Program-made: the position numbers and the translations under genes
Assembly (NCBI GenBank): GCA_951406725.2
Contig: OX597815.1
Coordinates: 15,190,001 to 15,254,000 of the forward strand
DNA from: Octopus vulgaris
Taxonomy: Eukaryota
DNA: 64,000 bases
Direction: 5' to 3'
Notes under the pieces: generated by a model
Seen by the model: the letters and a program-made list of their open reading frames with translations, nothing else
Told to the model about the DNA's origin: nothing
Databases searched by the model: none
Shown: in pieces, positions 36,829-48,555 of the stretch
Layout of the letters: every line of letters begins with the position of its first letter
How positions within the stretch are numbered: position 1 is the stretch's first letter

Positions 36829-37281
36829 AATATAAAATTTTCCTTTTTTTCCTTTTCTTTTTTGCTGCTTTGTTTTATACGAGCAATTACAAGTTTCATC
36901 CAGACACCCAGAGACCTCAGGTAACAACAAGTTGGACGCTGCACCATGAACGTTATTTATGATTAGTAATGATATAGTTTTATGTGAAGGAGGCCCGAAT
37001 CTTAGAACTAAGATTCTGTTAAATTTGTAATATATCAGTTTTTATAGAGTTTTAAGAGAATCAGGTATTTTCAAGTTGCCAATATTTTTCTAAGGATCTG
37101 GGCATTACACACACAACACACAATACAAATACTAATACAACAAAAGACTGCAGCCAAGTAGTTATCTTCTCGACCAATTCAAGATTTGCCCGCTTTTGCA
37201 AATAAATGCGAAACTTATAGCTTGTTCGTTGTTTTCATAACTTGGCAGGGTAAACGTTTGTGGCTTTATAGTTTTGCTGCA

Positions 37282-37460
37282 GGCGTGGCTGTGTGGAAGC
37301 ACAGGCGTGGCTGTGTGGAAGCACGGGCGTGGCTGTATGGTAAGAAGACTGCTTCCCAACCACATGGTTCCGGGTTCAGTCCAGTCCAACTGCGAAGCAT
37401 CTTGGACAAGTGTTTTCTACTATTGCCTCAGACACACGGAAACTGAAAGAAGCCCGTTGT
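37282..37460 (+). mobile_element. SINE family B fragment with a triplicated 20-bp head segment
   Basis: ggcgtggctgtgtgg unit occurs three times. Confidence 0.75.
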
Positions 37461-37654
37461 GTGTGTGTTGTGGAGGTAACTGACACTCCCGCACGTGACA
37501 TTCAGTGGACTGGACCAGTCTTATAAAAAGATAAGCCAGGAGACAGTTGAGGTCGAACTGTGAAAGTGTCAGTCTCGTTATTGATTCTACTTTGGAGTAT
37601 TGGATTATTGTGCAAGCGGTTATAATAAGATAACCAACTCTTGCTACATTGCTT

Positions 37655-38064
37655 AGCTGGCAGAGTTGTTAGAACGCCGGGCGAAATGCTTAGCAGTATT
37701 TCGTCTGCCGCTACGTTCTGAGTTCAAATTCCGCCGAGGTCGACTTTGCCTTTCACTCTTTCGGGGTCGATTAAATAAGTACCAGTTACGCAGTGGGGTC
37801 AATATAATCGACTTAATCCGTTTGTCTGTCCTTGCTTGTACTCTCTGTGTTTAGCCCCTTGTGGGTAGTAAAGAAATAGGTATTTCGTCTGCCGTTACGT
37901 TCTGAGTTCAAATTCCGCCGAGGTCGACTTTGCCTTTCATCCTTTCGGGGTCGATTAAATAAGTACCAGTTACGCACTGGGGTCGATATAATCGACTTAA
38001 TCCGTTTGTCTGTCCTTGTTTGTCCTCTCTGTGTTTAGCCCCTTGTGAGTAGTAAAGAAATAGG
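37655..38064 (+). mobile_element. SINE A tandem dimer with a single head
   Basis: Junction aaagaaatagg-tatttcgtctg at 37880. Confidence 0.9.
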
Positions 38065-38462
38065 TAATATCTGGTACTGTGATATATCGTTGCACACACA
38101 TCATATATCATCACTGACGATATAACAATATGTATGTATGAGTGTTTGCTCTACCACCACCACCACAGCTTGTCAACCGGTGTTGGTGTATTTACGTCCA
38201 CGTAACTTAACGGGCTGAAAAAAGTACTAGTTGATTCACTCGACTGAGACCCTTCAAGGCGGTGCCCCAACATCGCCGCAGTCTAGTGACTGATATAAGT
38301 AAAAGATGAAAGAAAGAAAGATGAAAATGTCATTGGTGTTGACGATACTGTTGTTAATTGAGTCATTCATATCACTTTACTTCACTAACAATCCGCAACG
38401 GAGAAGACTAGAATTATCGTTATTTTTGTCCGAAACGTTAGCAGTCTCTTCATTATTACTTA

Positions 38463-39257
38463 CTAGCAGTATCGCCCGGCGTTGCTCGGGTTTGTAAGGG
38501 AAATAACTATATAAGCATTTTTAGAGAGTTATAGCCAAAAAATAGCAAAAAAATGCATTAAAAATGGAAAACAAATGATGGTAAATTTTTTTTTAAATCG
38601 TTGACTCATCGTAGACATTTTTAGAGAGTTACTTCCCTTATATAATAGCGAAAAAATGCATTAAAATGGAAAAAAATGATGGTAATTTTTTTTTAATCGT
38701 AGACTCATCGTAGACGCGCGCTAATACCCAGAAGGGCTCGATATGAATCACGACTATAAGATACCCGGTTTTGGTTACACTGCACCGCAAAATGTGGGAG
38801 TAGTTAGGAATGTAAATCGTAGGAGACAGACACACAACCTTACTTTTATATATAAAAACTAGCAGTATCGCCCGGCGTTGCTCGGGTTTGTAAGGGAAAT
38901 AACTATATAAGCATTTTTAGAGAGCTATAGCCAAAAAATAGCAAAAAATGCATTAAAAATGGAAAACAAATGATGGTAAATTTTTTTTTAAATCGTTGAC
39001 TCATCGTAGACATTTTTAGAGAGTTACTTCCCTTATATAATAGCGAAAAAATGCATTAAAATGGAAAAAAATGATGGTAATTTTTTTTTTAATCGTAGAC
39101 TCATCGTAGACGCGCGCTAATACCCAGAAGGGCTCGATATGAATCACGACTATAAGATACCCGGTTTTGGTTAAACTGCACCGCAAAATGTGGGAGTAGT
39201 TAGGAATCTAAATCGTAGGAGACAGACAGCACACAACCTCACTTTTATATATAAAGA
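38463..39257 (-). mobile_element. Head-to-tail dimer of a non-autonomous Helitron
   Basis: Units 38463-38858 and 38859-39257; on the minus strand A|TC...cccgagcaacgccggg hairpin...CTAG|T; homologous to 50358-50664. Confidence 0.9.
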
Positions 39258-39527
39258 TTAATCTTCCCTTATTATTTGCATAATTTGCACAAATGAAGCG
39301 TTTTTTGCCTATTTTGAAAGCCTGTTCCATTGATTTGTTTGTGATTTATATCGGCTTAACACAAGAAGCTTTTTTTATTTACCCCCGAAAGGATGGAGGC
39401 TAAAATTGACCTCGGTGGCATTTAAACTCAGAACGCAAAGAACCAGAGCAAATACCGAAAAGGCATTTTGTCTGACGCTTTAACAATTCTGCCGACCCAA
39501 CGCACCGCTACCACCAGCAACAAATAT

Positions 39528-39701
39528 GGCAGCAGCGGTGGCAGCAGCGGCGGCAGCGGCGGCGGCAGCGGTGACAGCAGCGGTGGAGCAGCGGCGGTAG
39601 CGGCAGCGGCAGCGGTAGCGGCAGCGGCAGCGGCGGGTAGCGGTGGCAGCCGCGGCAGCGGTAGCGGCGGCGGCAGCGGTAGCGGCGGCGGCAGCGGTAG
39701 C

Positions 39702-39732
<31 letters not shown>

Positions 39733-39800
39733 GCGGTAGCGGCGGCGGCGGCGGCAGCGGCGGTGGCAGCGGCGGCGGCAGCGGCGGCGGCAGGGGCAGC
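39528..39800. repeat. GC-rich (GGC/AGC)n trinucleotide repeat
   Basis: Seen directly; explains the poly-Gly/Ser and poly-Ala ORFs. Confidence 0.95.
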
Positions 39801-39894
39801 TGTTGAAGTAGCGTTGGTTGTGATGGTGGTCACTCCCATTGAATTCGAGGTATGAGTGTTTGATGGAGAGTATTAAAGAAACACCAAAAGAAGT

Positions 39895-40036
39895 GGGAGA
39901 GAGAGGGAGAGAGAGAGAGAAAGAGACAGGGAGACAGTGAGTGAATGAGTGAGTGAGTGAGTGAGTGAGTGAGTGAGTGAGTGTGTGAGTGAGTGTGTGA
40001 GTGAGTGAGTGGATGAAAGAAAGAAAGAAAGAAGGA

Positions 40037-40103
<67 letters not shown>

Positions 40104-40150
40104 CAGGAAAAAAGAAAGAAGGAAAGGAAGAAACAAACAAACAAACAAAC
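39895..40150. repeat. (GA)n, (TGAG)n, (AAAG)n and (AAAC)n compound microsatellite
   Basis: Seen directly. Confidence 0.95.
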
Positions 40151-40159
40151 TACTTTAAA

Positions 40160-41000
40160 AGTAAAAGAAGTTTGTAATTTGAGTCCAGATATGAATTTTG
40201 CAATGAAGTCGCAATTAGGACTCTGATGATTTTGATTTTGCTTGAGATTAGATAATTGTGTCTGTTGATTGCAGGATATAATTCTTTTGCCGTTCTGTTT
40301 CTTCAACTCTAATTGTCTTGATGCTTCGTGACTCATTTTACGCAATGCAGATCGTTCTTGGCAATGACTTTCTAAAAATGTCAAGTTAAGCTATAGAGAC
40401 TTTAATGATTGCTTCAATTTATCCTTATACGTAGGGACAGGTCTTCCTCTACCGCAGTGTCCCTCTGCTTGTTGGCCATGCAGAAGAATTTCCAGAATGC
40501 AGTCATCTTTCATTCGAACAACATTTCCTACCCATCTGCACTGAATCCTCAGCAGCACGCTTTTGATACTAGAAATATCACATTTTTCTAATATTTTGAC
40601 ATTTGATATCTGATCTTACCAGTTTATGTTGCGGATATTGTGCAGACAGCACATATGAAAGGTTTCAACTTTCTTTGTATGTCTGTAGTATGTCTGTTCT
40701 TTGTATGTCTGCAGTATGTCTGTTCTTTGTATGTCCACGTTTCTGCCCCAAGCAAAAGTGTGCTCAAAATACAAGATTTATATACACTTATTTCAGTTTT
40801 CAGACTGATACCGTGTCCATTCCACAAACTATGGGAAAGTTTTCCAAAACCACTTTTAGCCTTAGATATCCTAACATTGATTTTTGCCATCAAGAGTACT
40901 CTTAAAGTACTGTACTTCCGAGATATTAAATACCTCACCCGTTTCAAGCAGCTGTAATTTTGAGGAAGACTTGAAAGTGCATATTCTCAAAAAAATATTC
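40160..41000 (-). mobile_element. Degraded 3' part of an RTE-clade LINE
   Basis: RISKAKSGFGKLSHSLW...VYKSCILSTLLLGAETWT, RWVGNVVRMKD and GRGRP motifs; stops present. Confidence 0.85.
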
Positions 41001-41642
41001 TGAATCTGTTTCACTTTCACTTCTTAGAATGTATGAGGAGAAATATGTTTGCGGGTTATTAACATCACGCCCTGGAGGAATGAATAAGATGACTGGAGAA
41101 TATCATCAAATTTATACAAAGCTGTTTGATTAAATATTCTTCTTTTTCTCTTTTTCCTTTCGTCTTTTTTTCTGTCGTCTTTTTTCTGGGTTTTTTTCTG
41201 TCTTTTTCTTTTCGCCTGTTATAAAATTGAAACTTAAAAACTGATGATGTCATTCCATCAACGTGTGGACACTAGTTGCTCTCGTTCATACTTTACGTTT
41301 GAATTTCTATAAATTTGAATTTTTATCACTTCTTATTTTGAACTTGAGAAAGACAGACTTACTGTCTTTGTGATATGTATGACTGTATGTATATGTTTAT
41401 GTGTGTGTGTGTGTGTGTGTATGTGTGTGCATGTATGTCTGTGTGTATAATATATATATATATATTGGCCTGCTCGCTTAGCCAGCGGGGCGGCGTCATT
41501 TGAAGGCTAAAACAATACGAAGCGCATTGTGACCAGCGATGTGTAACAACATATGATAGCCTGGTCGGTCACGGTTGACCTCGTGTGTACCGTTGGCGAT
41601 TTTTTCCTCTGTCTTCCCTTCTCTGGATCTTTCCTTCTCCTA

Positions 41643-41679
41643 TGTTTCCGATGAAGAGCTCCGCTCGAAACATTAAGCA
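41643..41679 (+). ncRNA. Minimal type I hammerhead-like motif (CCGAUGA variant)
   Basis: tgttt-CCGATGA-a-gagc tcc gctc-GAAA-ca-TT-aagca. Confidence 0.55.
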
Positions 41680-41776
41680 CTCCTTCTTTCCTTCTTTCCT
41701 GAGCATCCAATAATACTATATTTGTTCCACGTCCTCGCGTTGTTGTGTTTTTTTTTGTGCTTTCTTGTTTGGATTA

Positions 41777-41821
<45 letters not shown>

Positions 41822-42100
41822 TTACATACATATCACTACACTTTTATTTATTTTTGCAATGCCGAGAAACGTGTGTAAAATTTCGAAAATGACTCAAAAG
41901 AAAATGGATAAGGAAAGATAACTCTTCTAAAAAGGCTTTGCATGAAAGACTAAAATGTGACCCTTGGTTTTGCAGTTCTCTCTGGTGCATGGAGATAGGT
42001 CGGATATCAAAGAGTGTTGGCTATCTCTAGGTTAAAAGGCAAGCAGTCGAAAACAATCGAATTGGGATTTCTTCTTGTTACTAAATCCGATTAGAGATAC

Positions 42101-42171
<71 letters not shown>

Positions 42172-42319
42172 CATATATATTGTGTATGTATTTATGCATA
42201 TATGGGTACAGGACGTCACCAACTGTGTAAACAACATGAAATACGAAAACAAATGAGTTAAATACGTAAACAACGATAGGTAAAAAATGGAAAATAGGAC
42301 AAGTAAACATAGAGAAACA

Positions 42320-42380
42320 ACCCTTCATCAGTTGTCGGCTGTATATCTACTCATTTCGAGCATTCACGGACAATATGAGT
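42320..42380 (-). ncRNA. Non-circularly permuted hammerhead-like motif, core intact
   Basis: actcATA-ttgtc-cgtgaat-gctc-GAAA-tgagt...gacaa-CTGATGA-a-gggt; stems III 6 bp, I 5 bp, II 4 bp. Confidence 0.7.
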
Positions 42381-42896
42381 CTTCAAAGACAGATGCTCCC
42401 ATTAATTCCAAAATTAAATTTAGGATTTATGGAGGGTCAAGGTTGGGAATAAAAACAGGACAGTGGAGACACACAAGGAAACTGAACGAAAAAATACATG
42501 GAAGGTCATTAGACCAGAACGAGAGGAAAATAGTGAATGCTGGGAGAAATATTTTCTTTGAAAAGAGAAAAGATAGAAGAGAGAGAAAGAAAACGTTCAG
42601 TCATTTGAACGTCCTTGCAGGAAAAGAAAGATGGTCACGTGAGGAAAAGAAAGACGGTCAATGGTCACGTGGGAGCAACGTAAGAGAGAAAAAGAGAAAG
42701 AGGGAGAGAGACATGTAGATAGAAAACGGTGAAAGGGAGAAAAAGGGAATTAGAGAAGGGGGAAGAAAACAGTATAGAGTAGAGTCGCATCAAAAAGGTT
42801 AAGATAAATTTACTTGGAAATGGATGCGTGGCGTTAAATTAAATAATAATATAAATAACATATATATATGTGCATGTATGTACGTATGAATGTATA

Positions 42897-43167
42897 CGTG
42901 CAGATTTGTATATTTTGTTTTATGCATGTCTTCTCATGCATATACTTACATATTTAGACATGCTCATTTATACTTAAAGGATAAACTTCCGGTAAGTTTT
43001 ACAAATTTTTACAGTTGCAGTGATGGCTTTGATCTGTAGCCTTCGAATCAGATTTCTCCTTCCTGGCTTTGAGAAACCTAATTTCTCAAGATTGGTATTT
43101 CAGTAGAGTGTTACATGTCCCAGTGCTCCAAAAATTACATGTATAAATCTGAACTTGTAATCTGGAT
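42897..43167 (-). mobile_element. 3' fragment of an RLE-type non-LTR retrotransposon next to (TATG)n
   Basis: YPDYKFRFIHVIFGALGHVT...LIRRLQIKAITATVKICKT; homologous to 20521-20757. Confidence 0.7.
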
Positions 43168-43384
43168 ATGTATGTATGCATGCATGCATGTATGTATGTA
43201 TGTACGCATGTATGTATGTATGTATGTATGTATGTATGTATGTATGTATGTATGTATGTATGTATGTATGTATGTATGTATGTATGTATGTATGTATGTA
43301 TGTATGTATGTATGTATGTATGTATGTATGTATGTATGTTTGTATGTATGTAGGTATGTATATATGTCTAATGTGTATGTATGC

Positions 43385-43417
<33 letters not shown>

Positions 43418-43487
43418 TGTATGTATGTATGTATGTATGTATGTATGTATGTATGTATGTATGTATGTATGTATGTATGTATGTATG
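43168..43487. repeat. (TATG)n microsatellite
   Basis: Seen directly. Confidence 0.98.
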
Positions 43488-44359
43488 TTCATTTACATAT
43501 AGGCAGAACATTTAAGCTAGATTGGACACAGCTTAAATTCTTAATCCGGTTCACAGCTTTTGCTTTTTTCTTTGGTGGAGGGGGGTAATTTTTCCCACTA
43601 CGGCACAGTTTGTTTAGAGAAAATTAAACATATTTTGTTGTACTTTGTGCATGAATTGAAATAGATAAATAATTCATAAATAAAAGCATTTTATATTTTA
43701 GCCAATGAATGTAAACCATAACAAAATGAAAAAGGACAACAGACACTAAAGTTCTTTATTAAATTACTGTATTTAGGATTTCAGTTTGAATTTTCTTAGA
43801 TTTCTCAAATATAATGTTATTACTTTTGCGGCACACCTCGTTACATTCCCCGGCATATAGGCGCGCCGTGACTCGCTGCTTGGTAACGAGTGTCCTTGAC
43901 AGACTTGTATGTTTTGGCGAATAACCTCAGTCCGCCAAGCCTGTTTTTATCACCACTTCCACATTGGAAAACTGTGGATAGCAAAGCCAATCCAACATGT
44001 ACGTCACATCGACAACAATGTTAAGTGTTTCGTTGTTGAAACAAAGTTATCAATGTTTTCTGTCATTAATTTATTTATTCGTTTTCTGTTTTTTCCCCTC
44101 ATCCGTTCTTTTGTGACCTCTGTAGGTTAAATGTCAGTATCAGCGACATGCAGTCGCAAGGCACTACCTCCGCACCTCTCTGGGTCATCAACTTATATTA
44201 ACTGGATCAAAATTCGTTCATGTTGACATTACTTTTGATCCCAATTGGTCAGACTATATGTAGAGTGTCAGATTGGCTGTAGCGTGCCAGACTAAATAAA
44301 CGGTGGATCAGATATATGCGGAATGTCAAACTAAATGTAGCATACCAGGATAAAAAATA

Positions 44360-44640
44360 TATATTTCTTTATTGCCCACAAGGGGCTAAACATAGAGGGT
44401 ACAAACAAGGACAGACAAAGGGCTTTTTTTTTTTTTCTTGTTTCAGTCATTTTGACTGCGGCCATGCTGGAGCACCGCCTTTAATCGAGCAACTCGACCC
44501 CGGGACTTACTCTTTTGTAAGCCCAGTACTTATTCTATCGGTCCCTTTTGCCGAACCGCTAAGTAACGGGGACATAAACACACCACCAGCATCGGTTGTC
44601 AAGCAATGCTAGGGGGACAAACACAGACACACAAACACAC
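44360..44640 (-). mobile_element. SINE A tail fragment plus SINE B 3' half
   Basis: Homology to both families. Confidence 0.85.
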
Positions 44641-45796
44641 ACACGCATATATATATACAAACTTGGTTAAGCAGTAAATCGGCGGCACTGTTTCTAAAGA
44701 ATATTAGCCCTTCATTTCATTTCCTCGATACACTTGTAGGAGAAAAGGGAGGCTTGTCCGCATCATTTGCTGCTGGTCCTCTACAGAGGAAAATAAGAAA
44801 TATAACAAAACAAAAATCTCACGTAGACCTAAGTACCAGAAGTGGAGAGCATTCTAGCTGTAGATACTCAAACAGGAAATGCGTTTGATAAAATCTGTGT
44901 GTGTGCGCTCGGCATTTGCGAAGCACCTAATGCTATGCTATAAATATTTGTGTTTCCAGGTGAGAGCTTTTTCATAATACTGAAGTTGTGTGTGAGTGTG
45001 TGTGAAAGTGTATATCAGACTTCCAGGAAACTAGCTGTGGTTGGTTTGTGTCGGTAAAACTATACAATAAGGTCGATGAGTTTACATGATGTGCGTAGAA
45101 GGGCGTTTAGGGATTGGCCCAACCCTGTGTGTGTAAGAGAGAGAGGTGAGGAGAAGGGATATAGAGTAGAGAAGGAGAGAGAGGGAGACAGAGAGAAAAA
45201 GAGAGAAAGGAAGAGAGAGAGAGAGATTTGTCTGACAAATGACCGATCCCGAAACATCACATTCACATTACTCTCCGCTCCGCGGCAAACAAACTTATCC
45301 AAATTCACAAAGATCGCGATATATATATATATATACTACTATCATATTCTTAAGAATGAAATCAACCTCTCTGTCTATATATCTACCCTCTTTATAATGT
45401 TGGCAAATGAAATAAGGATAAGAATGCGCAGTGTCCGTTTTATTGGAAAATTCTATATGTGGCTGAAGATTGCTCGACATTTTAAAACTGACATAATACT
45501 TACAGTGTTTAATAAAATGAAATAGCATGAAACAATTGTACTACTCTACCTTGGATTAATATACTTGTTGCTTATTTTTATTATAATCACCCCATTGATT
45601 TATATGGATAGTACCATACAAAATTCTGGTGCCTTTAACTTAAGTACCATATTCATCTGAATCTAAATTTTGCTGAACTTATATATATATATATATATAT
45701 GATTAGGTTGGGTATATAATACCACTTGCTAAAATCAGAGCCATTGCTCCAAAACCCACCGTGAAAATTACGATATATATATATATAATATATATA

Positions 45797-45916
45797 GGCG
45801 CAGGAGTGGCTGTGTGGTAAGTAGCTTGTTTACCAACCACATGGTTCCGGGTTCAGTCCAATGCCTTGTGAATGGATTTGGTAGACGGAAACTGAAAGAA
45901 GCCTGTCGTATATATG

Positions 45917-45947
<31 letters not shown>

Positions 45948-46158
45948 TTGTGTGTCTGTGTTTGTCCCCCTGGTATTGCTTGACAACCGATGCTGGTGTG
46001 TTTATGTCCCCGTTACTTAGCGGTTCGGCAAAAGAGACCGATAGAATAAGTACTGGGCTTACAAAAGAATAAGTCCCGGAGTTGAGTTGCTCGATTAAAG
46101 GTGGTGCTCCAGCATGGCCGCAGTCAAATGACTGAAACAAGTAGAAGAGTAAAAGAGT
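45797..46158 (+). mobile_element. SINE family B (CORE-like segment deleted)
   Basis: Homology to the other B copies. Confidence 0.9.
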
Positions 46159-46184
46159 ATATATATATATATATATATATTAAT

Positions 46185-46470
46185 CTTTTACCTTTTACCT
46201 GTTTCAGTCATTAGGCTGCGTCCATGATGGGGCACCGCCTTGAACTTTTAGTCGAAGTGATCGACTCCAATATTTATATTTTAATCCTGGTACTTATTTC
46301 TATTGATCTGTTTTGCCGAACCACTAGGTTACGCGAATGTAAACACGCCAACACCAGTTGCCCAGTGGTTATGGAGGAGGGACAAACACAAACACGCTCA
46401 CATAAATAAATATACATAAATATACCATGTCGTTGGGAAGCAATCTTCTTACCACACAGCCACTCCTGCG
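46185..46470 (-). mobile_element. Diverged SINE family B
   Basis: Tail-to-tail with the previous copy. Confidence 0.8.
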
Positions 46471-46488
46471 TCTCTCTCTCTCTCTCTC

Positions 46489-46526
<38 letters not shown>

Positions 46527-46645
46527 TCACGTACGTACACACACATGTATAAATGTGTACATGCGCTGTGCATGTGTATATATGTGGATGTTTGCGCAAC
46601 CGAGCATAAAATTATGCATATATTGTGTTTGAATGTTTTGCATTC

Positions 46646-46699
<54 letters not shown>

Positions 46700-46784
46700 A
46701 TGAATGCAAAACAAGAATATATACAAATATTCTTTTGAAAATATTTTTCTTTTAATTTTTCTAAATTTAATAATTTAATTGTTA

Positions 46785-46820
46785 CAGTTGAAAAAGTCTC
46801 AATGACTGAAACCGGTACTG
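46785..46820 (+). ncRNA. Degenerate type I hammerhead-like motif
   Basis: cag-TTGAAAA-agtc tcaat gact-GAAA-ccgg-TA-ctg. Confidence 0.5.
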
Positions 46821-46873
46821 AAATGTTTTTTATAAAATTATTTTAGCATTTTCTACCTTGACCTTATTTTTCC

Positions 46874-46940
<67 letters not shown>

Positions 46941-47037
46941 TATGATGTGTACATGCGTTGTGTATGTGTATATATGTGGATGTTTGCGTAACCGAGCATA
47001 AAACTATGCATATATTGTGTTTGAATGTTTTGCATTC

Positions 47038-47096
<59 letters not shown>

Positions 47097-47519
47097 ATAA
47101 AATACTGAAAGACTATTTTATGTTATTACTAACCTCCCCCACTTCCGAGCTGTACCACCCTGTGCATGAGCTTTCACAATTATTTTGTGTGCCGAATGTT
47201 AGACTGAATTTAATGCACCAGATAGCCTCTATCAGTAATGTATAAATGAACAGTTTCGTACATGTATTGTTGATTCAAATGATCATAATTTACATAAATG
47301 TTTTGCTGGGACGTTCGTGACCACTTTCAGGTCAAGTGACTTTCTGACCTCCGAGACAGAATATACTTTTGTTTCCCTAAGGAACATCGTATCGCTTTAA
47401 TTCAATTTCTTAGTTGAATGTATGTGTGTATGTTTCTCTGGGATTCATTTGAAGTTTTATTCCTTTGCAGAATTCAAGCTGGTCACTAACAGAGTAGCAA
47501 GGTTCTTTTTGTTTATGAC

Positions 47520-48011
47520 ATGCATGACATGCATAAGATCTGGTCATCAAATCTAAGTAGAGACTTCAAACTTGAAATCTTCAAAGCCACAATCGAACCA
47601 ATTCTACTATATGGCTCAGAAACCTGGACGTTATCAAAGAATCTTGAGAGGCGGTTGGATGGAACCACACTCGCCTCTTTATGAGAGCTCAAAATCTCTC
47701 GTGGAAGCGTCATCCAACCAAAATGCAAATATATGGGAAATTACCACCTGTGTCATCTCTTGTGAAAGGTAGGAGAGTCCAGTTTGCTGGACATTGTTGT
47801 AGAGCTGAAAACGAGGCAATTTCTACTCTTCTCCTCTGGAAGCCATCTACTCGCAATACCAGAGGGTGCACACTTTCCTACCCTGATGTAATCTCCAGGG
47901 ATACAGGCATCCAGCAACAGGACCTCCGTAATGCTATGATGAACCGTGAAGTCTGACGTAGTATGGTAAATTCCATTGTCTCGACCACGGTCGAACAATG
48001 ATGATGATGAT
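47520..48011 (+). mobile_element. 5'-truncated RTE-group LINE, 3' end with (TGA)n tail
   Basis: KIWSSNLSRDFKLEIFKATIEPILLYGSETWTL...RRVQFAGHCCR; one frameshift. Confidence 0.88.
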
Positions 48012-48450
48012 TTTGTTTAAGTGAAGACAGCTTCGAGGGTTTGTAGTTACCTAAATTGGTTGATTTAGGTATGTATGCGTGCATACGGTGTGTGTGTGTG
48101 TGGTGGGGTGAATGCAAATCCGTCTTCTCTGTTCCTTTTTGGAGAACCCAAACATTTCTAAGCTTTTATGCAAATCTATAGCCTGAATATAAGAACTGTA
48201 TATTTCTTATTAGTTCTCCACAAAGGTTCTCTTTCCCCATTTTTCGAAAAGCTATTCACACCTATTGAGCAACTAAACCCTACAATGGTGCACACCTTTT
48301 ACTTTCTGTTCTATACAACTATACTTGGCTTCTTGTTCTTGAAGGGTTTTAGTTGAATGACTCGATCCAAACACTTTTTCTTTTTGTTATATATTATGTA
48401 TATATTTATGTATGTATGTATGTGTATGCATATATATATTTATATATACA

Positions 48451-48555
<105 letters not shown>

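Noticed and set aside
39468-39855. Gly/Ser-rich and poly-Ala ORFs
   Set aside because: Open in several frames on both strands only because of the triplet repeat, and the plus-strand ORF starts inside a SINE.
43580-44320. hAT/Charlie-like terminal motifs and a possible transposase relic
   Set aside because: cggcacac-type motifs are suggestive, but I could not define TIRs, a TSD or a clear protein motif.
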